From assembly GCF_002105155.1 (NCBI RefSeq), contig NW_019028991.1, positions 310,001-374,000 of the forward strand: a stretch of 64,000 bases of DNA, in the 5' to 3' direction. Both the position numbers and the translations under genes were made by a program. Source of the stretch: Lobosporangium transversale (lineage: Eukaryota). Numbering within the stretch: the first letter of the stretch is position 1; each line of letters begins with the position of its first letter. Below are positions 25,878-38,852 of the stretch, one piece after another. Under the pieces are notes generated by a model. That model searched no databases. It was not told the DNA's origin and worked only from the letters and a program-made list of their open reading frames with translations.

Positions 25878-28800
25878 ATGCCGTTTGTTGAGGCCCTGGA
25901 ATCCTACTCCAGGGCGCTCTACCTGCCCTTGCGTGGATATGTCCGTCGCCCCTTTCAATTTGTTTCTGATGTGATCCGGGAATATGTCCCTGGTAGTTTA
26001 GAAGATATGCGCATTGTCATGGAACAAACTATCCTTGGACCATCACAATATGCGCTCGAAAGGGGTGGAGGAGGAGAATCACCTTTTGCCAGTCGTGGGT
26101 TCTTCAATCGCCTCACTATGAAAAATACTGCCGTTAACACCGCTGTTGGTACAGGAACAAAGACTGGAGGTAATCATGGTGCTTCTGGTAGCAATGTTAC
26201 AGGGTCCACTGCAGCTGGTAATGGAGGAACAAAGTTGCTGCAGAATCAGCCGTCCATGATCCAATTCTTCACCAGCCCATACTTTCTGTTGTTATGCTTT
26301 ATGGTAATGCCTCCTTACAATGGTTTACAGTTTGAATAAGAGGTGAGGTCTAGAGTGTCATACTAATTTATTCAATTATCACATCTGTCTTTGCATCTTT
26401 GGGAACTAGAATATTGTTTTGAACAGGATTAATGCCATTGTTGCCCCCAGGAACCCACACCCGCCGAGACTTTCCGTCCGCTTTGCACTTAAATTACCAG
26501 CGCTCTACCTCTTGATGAAGAGTGCCTGTGTCATAACTGCGCTTTTAATCCCAGAGCTTCAACATCAGACATTCTTGTCCTCCTCCTCATTGTTATCGAA
26601 ATTTGCAGAGGTACTATCGAGTCTCAAGGCAGCATACAGCGAACCGCATGCTCTTTGGCTCTGCTTTATTGCTATGGGTGTTTCTTGCACCATTGATTCG
26701 TTTATCACCAACCTGGACAGCTCTAATAGCAGAGGCAGTGAGCATACAACCAACATGCTAGAGTGGGCTATTCTCTTTCATTTCACTCCCTCTGGACGGG
26801 ATGTTCTCATCATTGCATTGATCCAAGTCTGTCAACTGCTGACGCTCCAGTTCTCGAGTCTATCGAGTCGAGCCAGGAACTATCGATTGGTTGTAACCAC
26901 ATTCTGGGGGGTCGTGGATCTGACCCATTTTGCACACGCTATATATTATCGCTCCAGTAATTATCCGTCGATCCAATTATTGACCAGGCTCCCAGAAGTG
27001 GTTGTAATCCTCGTCGTTTGCATCTCAGTAAGTTGTCATCAAGGACAGGCAGGGAAAAAAAAAAAAAAAAAAAAAAAAAAGGAAACAGCCAGGCAACTAG
27101 AGATGTGAAGTTTCTTTCATTCTATTTTTAACATTGGTGATTTTTATATCATTGCTTTGAACTCTTTTTAATGTGGTTCTAGATGGTTGTTCACACAGTA
27201 ACATATATCGTGACTGGAGGCAATGTCAGAAGACAAATGTTTGAATCCAGAGCACTGCCCTCAATGGCCGATGAATATGGTGTGGCTGTGTTCAAAGTCG
27301 GACGCGCATGCATGGAAGCTACTCGAGGTGTTGGATTTAGAAATGAAGTAGATGCGGTTGTGATCCCCTTTGGGACTATCTTGGATCACAGGAATGGCCA
27401 CAAACACAGATCGTTGCAACGTGATTCATCTCGGGCGCGACAAAATGGTGGCATCTATTTTTCACTGCCGAATGGAGCTAATGGAGTAAGATATGGTTTA
27501 TCTTCAGGATTTGCTAACGAGATGGCCGATATTGTTGAAACATCTAGTCAACGCCAACGGCCCTCGAGCTTGCGAAATCGCATTAATGTTATGAAGGCAT
27601 TCTGTCAAAGTAGTGCCAGTCTTTTGATGGAGACAGCATATGGTATTTATAACAAGATTGTGCCTTCTAGGTACCGAAGAACACCACGTGGATCGTCATC
27701 AGGAACTAGGATGACAATTCAAAATTATTTGCAACTGCGAAGTACCATCGAACAAGCACTGGAGAAGGCTCGGTTATCAGGAGAACAAAAAATTCATCAA
27801 TTTGAAAGAGAACAATACATGTTGGCGGCAGCGATGGATGAAGAGGAGGAAGAGGAGCTCTACAATGATTTCTTGACTAGAGATTTTACCGCGACAGATG
27901 ATGAGGATGAGGACTATGATGTCAATTTTATGGTGTTTGATGATAGTGAGGACGGCGTTGGGGAAGAACAAGAGTCAGATTTTGAAGGACTTGAAAACTT
28001 GGATTCAAATCAAGAATCTTTTGAGGATCCAATGAGCGAACAGGATAGATCAGGCGAGTCAGAATCGTATGGCTTAAAACGCTCACATACTGTGGACGAT
28101 GATTCTGACCATGAGTTTGTTGTGGACTCTGATGGCAATGATGGGGAGTCGGAGCAGCATTACTCCTCTGCGTGGCGATCACTGGGATCATTACAGGATT
28201 TTTTCTTAGACACCTCCTTTATGAGCATTTTTTTGTCAGGCAGGCTGCAGGATACACCACTGACGAGATCTCAATATCGTCAGGCAATGAGTGGTGCGCG
28301 TGAATTTCAACAGGATTCGATAGAAGATATTGCGGGCAGCAGCAGCAGTAATAGTAGTGGAGGCGGTAGTGGTAGTGGGTCCTTAAGATTGCTGCGGCGG
28401 AGAAAGGGCGGAATGGATGATGCAGATAAGACGACACTGCTCGCTGTCCTCAATCGCTATCGAAAGACTGTCATGGAGAAGTCGCCTTTATCCTCCAATA
28501 CGGGTTCTACAGTGGCCTCGAGTACTAGTGATAATAGCAGTAGGGATAGTATAAACAGTACAGCACCACCTCCTCTTGCCGAATCATTGCCCTCAACGGC
28601 AGCTGAGGATAGTTCTATATACAGTCGACTTTTGTGTGTAGTCTGCCAGTCGGAGCCCAGGGGAGTGCTGTTGAGGCCATGTCGATGCCTAGCTCTGTGC
28701 AACGAATGTCGTGAAATCTTGGCATCCAGAGTAAGTCATCCTTGTTGCTTGATTTGACCCAAAATATGTCTTTTCTTTTGAGCTTGACAATTAATTATCG

Positions 28801-28895
28801 ACTGTTTCTTGTCTATTATGGTTTATCAGCGGTTCAAGCAATGTCCTTGTTGTCGTGCTGATGTCCAAGGTTTTTCCAAGGTTTATCTCCCATGA
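25878..28895 (+). CDS. Asi1/Asi3-like multi-pass membrane RING E3 ubiquitin ligase; exons 25878-26303, 26410-27027, 27183-28730, 28830-28895
   Basis: FFTSPYFLLLCFM|NIVLNRINAIV N-terminal membrane region, an acidic linker, and C-terminal RING CVVCQSEPRGVLLRPCRCLALCNECREILASR|RFKQCPCCRADVQGFSKVY typical of Asi1/3. Confidence 0.85.
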
Positions 28896-28922
28896 AGACA
28901 GATAGACTATGATCATAACGCC

Positions 28923-28925
28923 AAA

Positions 28926-28998
<73 letters not shown>
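28923..28998 (+). repeat. Compound microsatellite (AAAT)n(AAT)n between the convergent 3' ends of the RING ligase and borealin genes
   Basis: Directly visible. It supplies many overlapping AATAAA hexamers. Confidence 0.95.
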
Positions 28999-29063
28999 CC
29001 TCAAGTAATTTATCCGTTTTGAAAAAGGATCTGAACAAAAAATCCATTTTAGTACTCTCTGTT

Positions 29064-29787
29064 TTATTCCTTTTTCCTGGTGATATCTAAGCGTGAATCC
29101 ACAAACGGTTTTGAAGTATTCCGACGCTGTTGACCTGTATTTATTGAAGATGATAATGCGCCTGAATATTGCCTGCGAAGTGCTGAGTTTTGTCCAGTCT
29201 GGATGACAGAGTTAAGATAAAAGAAGTAAAATGAGGAAAGATGCTAGATTAGTGTCTTGCTGAAACAATGCACAAAGTAGAAATAAAGCATATGATTACC
29301 TCATTTCCACTCTCGATCTTTTGCTTTTGAATCCAAAGTCCATCGGAGCTTCCTTCTCGTTTCCTGTTCCGACAAAGAAGAGAGTCCCAGGAGAGACAAA
29401 GAAGAAGGAGTTTCGAGAGATCACCATTAATGACAATAGATCTTTTTTTTTTTTTTTTTTTTTTTGTGAAGAAAAAAAAAAAAAAAAAAAAAAAAAAAAG
29501 AAAAAGAAAAACAAATAGAGAAGACAGACTTTTTATTCCCTTTAACAACTTGCCTTTTATGACTTATCATGCCTAGGGCTTGTAAGAAGGATGTGTCGGC
29601 GGTGGCTTTCTTCATAGATTGTTGTGCGAGATATTCTTTTGCATTACCATTGTATTTGAACCAATATTCTTCGACCGTCATTGTACGTACAGCCGCTGGA
29701 AGTCGATTGATCTCGGCTTCACTTCTGAATCGAAGAGAATTTGCTAGCACTCCTATTGATGCTCGAAGCTTCTGTATCCTATCCATT

Positions 29788-29824
<37 letters not shown>

Positions 29825-29854
29825 AAATATATATATATATATAAAGCATGTGAG

Positions 29855-29886
<32 letters not shown>

Positions 29887-30609
29887 TGTGTGGTTTTTGT
29901 CTCTTTGACTAGCATTGACATGTGTGATTTTTAATCCCCACTCTGTTTGCCTCATCTCCCCTTTCCCGCTCTAAAAAGAAAAAGCAGTAAAATAAAAAAG
30001 ATCCATACTTTCAATCTCAAGATTCTCAACAGCAGCTTCGCGTTGACCAGCTGTTAGATGAACCAACGGGTTTTCTTCATCCTGGATCTGTTCATGGGGT
30101 TGATCCTGGTCCCGTCGTAATTTGTCATGGCCGTTTCCTTCTTTATCTTCATCCTCATCTTCATCTTCACCTTGGTGTTCACTGTTACGTTGCTGACTTG
30201 AAGTATGTTGCTTTTGATCTGTTAGATATTCCCGTTCACCAGTAGAGGCTAATGCAGTGTCAAATAAACCGTTTTGGCTATTTCCCAGATAAAGAGTAGG
30301 GGATGTCTCAGGTACGTTTGCCGATATTGATTTGGATAACAAAGAGGGAGGAAATGAAGAAGAAGAAGAAGAAAGAAAGGGCGTTGTAGAAGCAATTGTG
30401 TCGGATGCTATTGGTATTGTTACAGCTGTTGCAGTGATACTGGGTGTTGTTGCTGTTGTTTTAAGATTTGTTGTTATTGGTGATGTGGTTGAAGAGAGGA
30501 GAGGGGTATCTTGAAAGGGGTTGGGTAGATTTCGAGTGTCGTAACTGGTTGTTGCAAGGTAAGATCGAGGTGATCGACCTGAAACTATTTGCAAAGTTGG
30601 ACGTGGCAT
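29064..30609 (-). CDS. Borealin/Nbl1 N-terminal-domain protein (chromosomal passenger complex); exons 30609-30009, 29788-29554, 29363-29300, 29198-29064
   Basis: QREAAVENLEIE|TMDRIQKLRASIGVLANSLRFRSEAEINRLPAAVRTMTVEEY matches the Nbl1_Borealin_N pattern. All four exons join in frame if intron 2 uses an AG|GCAAGT donor. Confidence 0.75.
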
Positions 30610-31564
30610 GCGTTGATGTGTATGCTTGTTAATGCTATAATATGTAAGTATTTTCCCTTTCCTTCTTTCTTTTGTCCTTCCTTTTATTCAAGAGTGAATG
30701 AGCCAATGAGGATGATTTGCTTGTTTTAATAATTCCTGTTCCAATGGTGATTATCCTGTCAGAGTCCAGATGTAAAAAAAAAGAAAGGGTAATAAAAAAA
30801 AAAAAAAAAAAAGTGACTTGGTTATGAACCATTTCGCGTCATTGGAAGGCACTTTTTTCTTTTTTTTTTCTTATAGTTTTTTTCTTTTCTTTCATGTTCG
30901 TGTAATTTGAGTACATGTATATTTTTAGGGATTGTGTTCCTTGCTCCTTTTGAAAATGCAACATTTATACATAATTCATGCCTGGAGTAGAGGCCAAGCC
31001 TTGTGGACTTTGATACCATGTGATGATGCGAACAGACGTCTTTTTAAAAAAAGAAGCATGTAGATATGTAATCCGAATGATGGCATATCATCCAGAGCAT
31101 CATTATTAAACGTAGCATTCGCATATTCAGCTTTATTTTTTTCCCTTGGACTCAGACTTCGTCGCAGCCTTTGCTCGTGTGGAGATCATGCGACAGAAGG
31201 AAAAAGAAAAAAAGAAAAAACCAAAAAATGCTCTTGGGCTGCCGCAAAAGATATTCTGCTCATCCATTCAATGATTTCCTTTCATTCTTTATATTTTACT
31301 CGTCTCTCTTTTTTTATTCCTTACTCTCTCCCTTTCCTTTTCCTCCACACTCCACCCCCGTTACGTCTTTTTTTATTTTATTTTATTTTTCATTGTTATT
31401 GTTACTATTCTGAATGACCATTTGCTAAAGACTCCGTTTTAACCAAGATAATTATAAAGAAAAGAAAAGAAAAGAACATAAAAAAAAAAAAAATCAATTT
31501 CTATACACGTCTATCCTCTCTTTCCACCTCTCTTTTTTTATATATTTTTCTGAATCACACAACC

Positions 31565-32467
31565 ATGGGAGGAATCATCTCAAGGCTTCGTCAGGTAAGG
31601 TGGACATCCACAATTGATCTAATGACTCGACCCATTGCATTTCTCCCGACTTTAAGGAAGGACTGATTATCTGTAGTGGCTGGCCAAAAAGAAGGGATGA
31701 CGGCCGAGTAAATTGTGGACTATATTAAATAATAATACATGCGCGCGCACGCCACAAAGGTGGAGGATTTGACAGAGCGTCTGTGGTTTGCAAAGTCTAC
31801 AAGCATTGAGTCTCGCTACGGACATTTGCTCGAGCAGAATCTCAATTTGGGAATCTTGAAAAGTTCATTTGGCAGACCCGTCAACATTATTAATGAATGC
31901 AAGAAGAGTTGAATCTGCGCACGATGACCGCATAGTGTGTGTATTATGGGAAGAGAAAGAAAGAATTTGATGATTTTTCATCTTAGGCCCTCAGCACCCT
32001 TTGGATGTCCTGCCACGTCGCAACACTTGGGCGGAACACAATTGACACAGTTGAAACGCCTTAATCTAGGCACTCTTTCATATGCTCCTTATACTTTTTT
32101 TTTTTTTTATTTTTTTATTTATTTTTTTTATTTTTATTGCATAGAAGTTATTAATACCCAACCATCTTTCATTACTTTCCTCTATTATGCAAATATATGA
32201 AAATTAATAGAGCAATGATTCTGACTATGAAAAAATCCTATCAGATCTCGACAGCAACATCCGGAAAGCAGAATTGAGACTCTCGGCCATTCATGTACGG
32301 GAGAGACGACTGCTGGGTCATTGGATGACCTACTCAATTTTTATATGGATTCTATATACAGCAGTCTTTGCATTATATCTTCATCAAAAATACCAAAATG
32401 ACCCTCAATTCTGGGCACTAAGTCTCTCGCCTGTTCTCCTTGGTCTACCAATGTAAGCACATGATTT

Positions 32468-32498
<31 letters not shown>

Positions 32499-33545
32499 AG
32501 AACAGCATTGAAACGATCGTATGCAATTTACAAACAAAAGTATACATTATCTTCATTGTTTTCGGACATACTAACGCAGGTATATATGTCTTCCATATTG
32601 AAATGTATCTCCTTTAGATTTTTCGTAGGCCGCTTTTTGATCACTGTTTGGTACAAGCGTGCAAAGTCGAATGAAGGTTTGTTCACAAGAATAGTGACTA
32701 TGCAGCCAATATGATATGTTTTAGAATTAAAGATCAATTATGCTGACAATCTTTGTTTTGACAATCTACTTGACTTGAATGTATAGAAATCCAGCTTAAT
32801 TTACTCAGAGCGGATCAAAGACTCAAAGTCGAGGAGCTCAAGAAAAAGACTGCATACTACTCAACAAAGACTCTTCTGGAGCGTTACGACGTAAAGTGAT
32901 CTCTTTGTCATTATCCACATGTACACTGCATATTGTAAAATTGAAACTTCTCAAATGACTAACTTCCTTTAAATATAAAAAAAAAAAAAAAAAAAAAAAA
33001 ATTGGCAGCCTGCTTCTCAAAGATCAGCAAGTCAAAAATCCGTTGGCCTTGATGGAAAGCCCGTCCCTGCTCTACAGAATGGGCAGTCTCGACCTCATCA
33101 AACTAATATGATGGATCCTGGTCTTCGACAGCGCCAAGGACCTGGTGTTGCAAATACCCAGGGAATGCCTATGAATCAAGGACGTCAATTAGGAGTCTCG
33201 TCAGGAGTGCAACAGCAACACCATCAACAGCCACCTCATATGGGCCCGGGCCCTCAGAGTGGACCCAGAGGGCCTCAAGGAATTCAAGGTCCTCAAATGC
33301 ATCAGTTTAACCCAGCACATACGCACTCCAATGGGGGTAGGTCACCTCCATATGCACCACCCAGCACAGAGAGACATTGGTATGACAAGATTGTTGATGT
33401 GATCGTTGGAGACGAGGGGCCAGATACGAAGTACGCTCTGATTTGTGGACAATGCTATGCCCATAATGGACTTGCCCTACCTCAGGAAATAGAGGATATC
33501 CGTAAGTTTGCCTTAATAGACTCATATAAGAAGTAGAGAGGGTTG

Positions 33546-33580
<35 letters not shown>

Positions 33581-34141
33581 AAACCTAGTTTTCGCATTCA
33601 TTTAGAATACGTCTGCCCAAAGTGCAACTTTTTTAACCCATCGCGTAGAAAAGCTCGCTTGGCTGCACAGGGTCTTCAGCCTCCGTCGACACCTGAACAG
33701 ACTTTGCTTCGGGCACAGGGAATGCCACTTCCTTTATCTCGCGACCCTTCCCCTGCCCCCACTGGTCGACGTTCGCCTCATTTAGCTAACCACTCTCGAC
33801 AGGACGAATTTAATGTGGAGAACAACGGTCCTGAGCGAGTGCCTAATCTTCAACTCAATGAAGACCATGTCAACCGTTCAGGGTCAGAAGACAATGGATT
33901 CGTGAACAACTGGAACGATAGTGATGTTGAGGGCGTGAGCCACAATGAAGATGATGGCGAGGCAGAAGAAGAAGTTAATGACTCGGCCAAGGCTCAAGGC
34001 TATGATATCGGTGCTGAGGAGGAAGAGGAAGAAGTATCTGAAGTTGTACCAAAGAAAATCGGAACTAAGAAGACTGAATCAGGAATCACGACAAGAGCAG
34101 CAGCAGCAGCGACAAGAAAGAAGAAGTCAAAGCGTGCATGA
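31565..34141 (+). CDS. LNP1: Lunapark ER junction protein; exons 31565-31594, 32211-32452, 32618-32676, 32787-32890, 33009-33501, 33606-34141
   Basis: Myristoylation-type start MGGIIS, DYEKILSDLD, two TM segments, VEELKKKTAYYSTKTLLERYD|P, WYDKIVDVIVGDE, ALICGQCYAHNGLA and YVCPKCNFFN zinc ribbon. Confidence 0.95.
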
Positions 34142-34378
34142 TAATGACAAGCAGGTTTTAAGATCATCATTTAGCGTGGATTGACATATCTCATCGGCAT
34201 AAAAAAAAGAAAAAAAAAAAAAAAAAAAGAGGGCAAGTATGGATTTTAATGACCTATTTCATGACCATCAACTGTAATGACCATATCCAAAAGAAAAAAA
34301 AAATAAAAAAATATGTGAGTTGTGCAATATTCAATATGAGCATCTTTTTTTTAAAATAAAAAAAAAAAAAAAAAAAAA

Positions 34379-34390
34379 AGTGACGTCACT
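34379..34390. promoter_or_regulatory. Perfect 12-bp palindrome AGTGACGTCACT containing a CRE/ATF site, about 300 bp upstream of TAF4
   Basis: TGACGTCA is the canonical bZIP ATF/CREB site. Function is inferred only. Confidence 0.4.
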
Positions 34391-34687
34391 CAGTCGAGAT
34401 TGTGCTGAACTTACCCTTTTTCTCTTATGACAAAATAACTCTTTGATCAATTATTACTGTCCATGTCACGCCAGATCGCACTTGAGCCAGCCAGGCCATT
34501 GTCAATGTGTAGCATCTAAACAGTAGCAGTTTACAACAGCAGTGGCACGAACATTGCAGGACACAAAACAGGCGCTGATTGGAAGAGAAAGCAAGGGCGC
34601 GCATTCCTACAAAGACGAACCCCACACCATCACTCAATTTATAGATCCATCCCATCCTTAAAACAAATCCTGCACGGAGAAACCACA

Positions 34688-36065
34688 ATGTCCAACAATA
34701 ACAACACAAACAATATCAATCACAGCCACAACGGTGCTGGAAGTAATGTCAATATTAATACGTCTTCGGCCCTTGGTCATGGTCAACAGCAGCAGCAGCA
34801 GCACCTTCATACATCACAAGATCCACATGGACAACCTGGGGTTTCATTGATGCACCATACTGTGGATGAACTGCTGTCTTCAGAGTTCCCCCTTGGAATT
34901 AGCAATGTTCAGCATTCAGACGGAACTCTGAATAGCAATGTACAAGGGAACATCATGGAGGACTTGGACGATCTGTTTGCTGATGATTTTTCAGGAGTCA
35001 ACACCTCGGCCAATACTAGCGCTGATACCATTCCTAATAGTACGATAGGAACGCTTCACTTACCTCCATCACAACCTCAGCACGCTTCTACCATTCCATT
35101 CACGTCAGTACACTCTCCTCAAAAGCTGTCGCCTATGTTACAGCATCAACAGCTTCAGGACCAACAGAGACTCTTGTTGCAGCAGCAACAACCTTCTGCT
35201 CAGCTGATTGGACACACTGGGTCATTAGCACTTCCACAATCTCATTCAGCAGCCTCAACACCATCCCACCCCTCGCAATCACCTCAAGCATCGCCTATTA
35301 TATCGCAGGCATCCCCAACCGGCCAACAAATGCAGAACAGAATGCAGCAGTCATCAATAGCCTTACCTCGGTCGGCTCAACAACAGCAACCACAACAGCC
35401 ACAAACTCCGCAGCATTTACCCCAAGTTGCCACGCCTAGACCTATATATACAGCACCTTCACACCCATCCCAACAACAGCAACAGTCACTCCAGCAGCAA
35501 CCACAAGCTTTGAGTCTACCCACAACTCCTCGCCCTTCTCAGGCTAATGTACAGATGCCTCCAACAGGGTTCCCACAGACACAGCCGCGTCCTAACCCTG
35601 CGGTTCCCAATGGATCGACAACAACACCTGCTGTTGCCAGGCCGCCCTCATCTGCGACCCTAGTACCATCCACGGGTCAGTTTCCTTTTTTTTTTTTTAT
35701 TATTATTATTATTTCTAGAGATCACTTGTTAACATAATAACAGGCGAAAATTGACACGAACTTTCTTTCATTTACTGTTGTTTTAGCCGGAGCGACGACT
35801 ATACCAATAGCACAGGCTGGTTCTCCTCTTCATCATATACTCAGCTCGATCTCACCAGCAACAGGAGCACAACTGAGAAATCTGTTTGCATTGCTTCAGG
35901 TGAGAAGCTTAACAAAGAAGCAGAGTCGAAATCTTTTCTTTTTTTTTTTTTTTTTTTTTTTTTATAGATAACAAGGACCCTCAGGGCCATGGAATTTATT
36001 ATCTACAATCTATGAACAAAATGCCTCAGACACTATCGTCATCAGAGTCGAAATCTTTTTGTTCC

Positions 36066-36099
<34 letters not shown>

Positions 36100-38378
36100 G
36101 ACATGTACCACTTTTCATGTGATTTGGGCTAGACCAATGCTGTGACGCCAAACGAATTTTTAGCACGCGCAAGGCAGCTTTTGGATCCTGCACAGTTTGA
36201 GATTTTGGATGGTATTAGGAGGAGGCATGGAGCACGATCATCAATCACAGGAGATGGGTCGCAACAAGTACCCAATGGATCTTCTCCTACAATGGCAGCA
36301 AATCAGGCCTCAATTGGCTCTGTTTCTCTTCCTACTCCATCAGCAGCTTCACAAAACTCGCAGATCAGGGCCGGTCAATCGGCTGCGATGGAAAGCTCAG
36401 CACCAACTCCTGGTTCAGTTTCGACTGCGGGGATTAGTTTACCATCTACTTCAGCAAGTAATATGAATTTACCGAGTGCTTCACAACAGGCAGTCTCAGG
36501 ATCTGTCTCTACCAGCCTGCCTCCAACATCAGCTAATGCTCTACTGTCGGCTCCTGTACGCAAGAGGAATACTGATAATGCAAGCACCTCTAGCACGACT
36601 TCTGATAGGTACATACTCAATACTACTATTATTACTGTATTATGACTATTACTATTATTACTATTACTATTATTGTTTTCAAGCTTATCTTTCTAACACA
36701 CAAAGCTTTGGTTTTTTTTTTTTTTTTTTTTTTTTTCTGCATGGATATTGTTCTTGATAAAATAGCAAAATGGCTTCAAAAAGAGTAAAGACAGAGCATC
36801 AGAACATTGTGGCAGGAAGCAATGGACCTTCTGCAGCCTCATCGCCCATGTTTCCTTCTACTTCTGGAATTGCCACACCAGCAAGTGCGGCCAGTCCAGG
36901 AGTATTTGGTCGTGTATCCCTTCCTGGTCAACAAAAGGCGGCAGCGACAAGTGGAACAGGGGCATTGGGAGCAACAGGAGGCGGAGGTAGTGGCGGTGGT
37001 GCAGGGACGTTTGGAGGGGCAAGCAAGTCCTCTACTGGTCAGGGTACGGGTGTTGAGAGAGTCAACTATGATAATATCACGGATGTCATGGGCTATGTGG
37101 GTGTTGATTTAAAAGAAGAGTCCGACAATATCATGCGTGATAACGATGGATTCTCAAAGACAAGTGGAGGTGATGGTCAGGATCGGACACGGATTCAGAA
37201 TTTTGTGAACACCAAGCTTCTGAAAACCATTGTTGATCGTATAGGTAAGAGACAAAAAAAAAAAAAAAAAAAAAAAAAAGACTGCTAACCTGCACTGCGC
37301 CGATATATATTTATATGATAGTAATTCTAATCGTTTATATATATTCAACTTTATGTTGCTTTATACAGCGGACTCACATAAGCTAGAAAATGTAGATACG
37401 GATGTGATTGCATACTTGGCAATGGCAACACAGGAACGACTCCGAGGTCTTGCAGAACAAATGATTTTGGCTTCGAAACATCGCGGCCGGTCATTAGCCA
37501 CTGCACCACCACCCATGTATGATGAAGAACACGCCATGTACAAAGTAGCGGTCTCTCAGGATGTCAAGAAGCAGCTCCTGGCAATTGAACGTGTAGAGCG
37601 CGAGGAAGAGACTAAACGTAAAGAACAGATAGCAGAACGTGAGAGGAGATTGGCTGCTGGAGAAGACCTGGACGAGAATGGAGAACTCCTCCGTGGAGGA
37701 ATAGGAGGAGCAGGAGGGGGAGGGGGATCGAGTGTCAAGAAGGGTAAGAAACAGAAGGAAGGTGGACCGGGTGTAAGTGCAAGGAATATGACAGAAGAAG
37801 CAAGGAAAAAGGTCGCCAATCAAACAGCATTAGGATTCGCTGGAGGTAGTGGGCGTACATATTCATGGATGATGGGTGGTACTGGAGCTAGCGGTGGAGG
37901 GGGAGGTGGCACAGGAGGCTTTGGAAATAGTGGCAATGATGGAGGTGCTGCATCACCGTTGCCGTCTGTTTCAACGCCGGGAGCCTCTGGAGTAGCGGCT
38001 AATGCTGGATCGCCTTCAGCGTCAGGAGGCGTTTCTGTAGGAGGTATTGGCAATAGTGGCTCAACCAAACCAAGCCTTTCACGTGGATCTACAACATTGG
38101 CAGGTTCTAATGCAGGAGTGAGTGGAATTGGATCATCAAACGCTTTGACATCTGGAGTAGCATCATCTTTGGTGTCAAGAGGTGTAGGAGCAGGAGGTGG
38201 GTCCATGATCTTGCCACCTTCAACAGTAGGCCGTTCCTCCAGTCTCTTGCGGGATACAGCACGTAAAGTCAATGTGAAGGATGCGTTATTCTGTCTGGAG
38301 CGTGACCGTGGTGGTGGAGGAGGAGAGGGCAGTGGTCAGAGAGTGCTGATTAAAAGTTATGTGAAGTGGCTCAAGTAA
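34688..38378 (+). CDS. TAF4: TFIID subunit TAF4; exons 34688-35675, 35787-35899, 36133-36608, 36766-37244, 37369-38378
   Basis: Q/P-rich N-terminus; histone-fold region ITDVMGYVGVDLKEE...DVIAYLAMATQERLRGLAEQMILASKHR; DVKKQLLAIERVER; ANQTAL; C-terminal RKVNVKDALFCLERD. Confidence 0.92.
35921..36059 (-). mobile_element. Short retroposed insertion in TAF4 intron 2: 17-bp direct repeats (putative TSD) around a 79-nt body and a 25-nt poly(A) tail on the minus strand
   Basis: CAGAGTCGAAATCTTTT occurs at 35921-35937 and 36043-36059, with a T run at 35939-35963 and body at 35964-36042 containing a minus-strand AATAAA. Confidence 0.6.
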
Positions 38379-38852
38379 AAAACCGCTTAATTTCTGTTCT
38401 ACTCAATCAGGAAAAACCCCGCTTGGAGAGCAAGTGCTATTATACATTCTTCTACATTTATAAATACTACATGGACTAAATGGGGACGAATGCATGCTTG
38501 CTAAATGCAAGACTGTTGAAAAATGTAACATGTAGTTAAAATTTAATCTTTTGGTCGCACACACACTCCGATCACCACAGATAAATGGTTAAGCTTTCGT
38601 CAGTTAAGGAGTTGAGTTGATTATTAATGGAGAAAGAGAATATCCGAGAAACGACATTGATGGGGGGCGGGGGAAGGGGGGACAAAAAAGAGTGTTCTTT
38701 TTTTTTTTATTTTTTTTTTTTGCCCTTCTTATTCTCCTCCTTTTATCCTTCTCTTGACCAAGACTATTTATTTCCCCTTTCAAACACTTCTCCAATCTTT
38801 CTTTCTCCTGTCTATAACTTTTTCTTTTCAAAATTTCAGCTTATTGACCATA

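Noticed and set aside
29249..29921. Poly-Phe/poly-Lys ORFs (also near 18300, 33300, 59500, 63400-63860)
   Set aside because: Produced by intronic homopolymer runs, not proteins.
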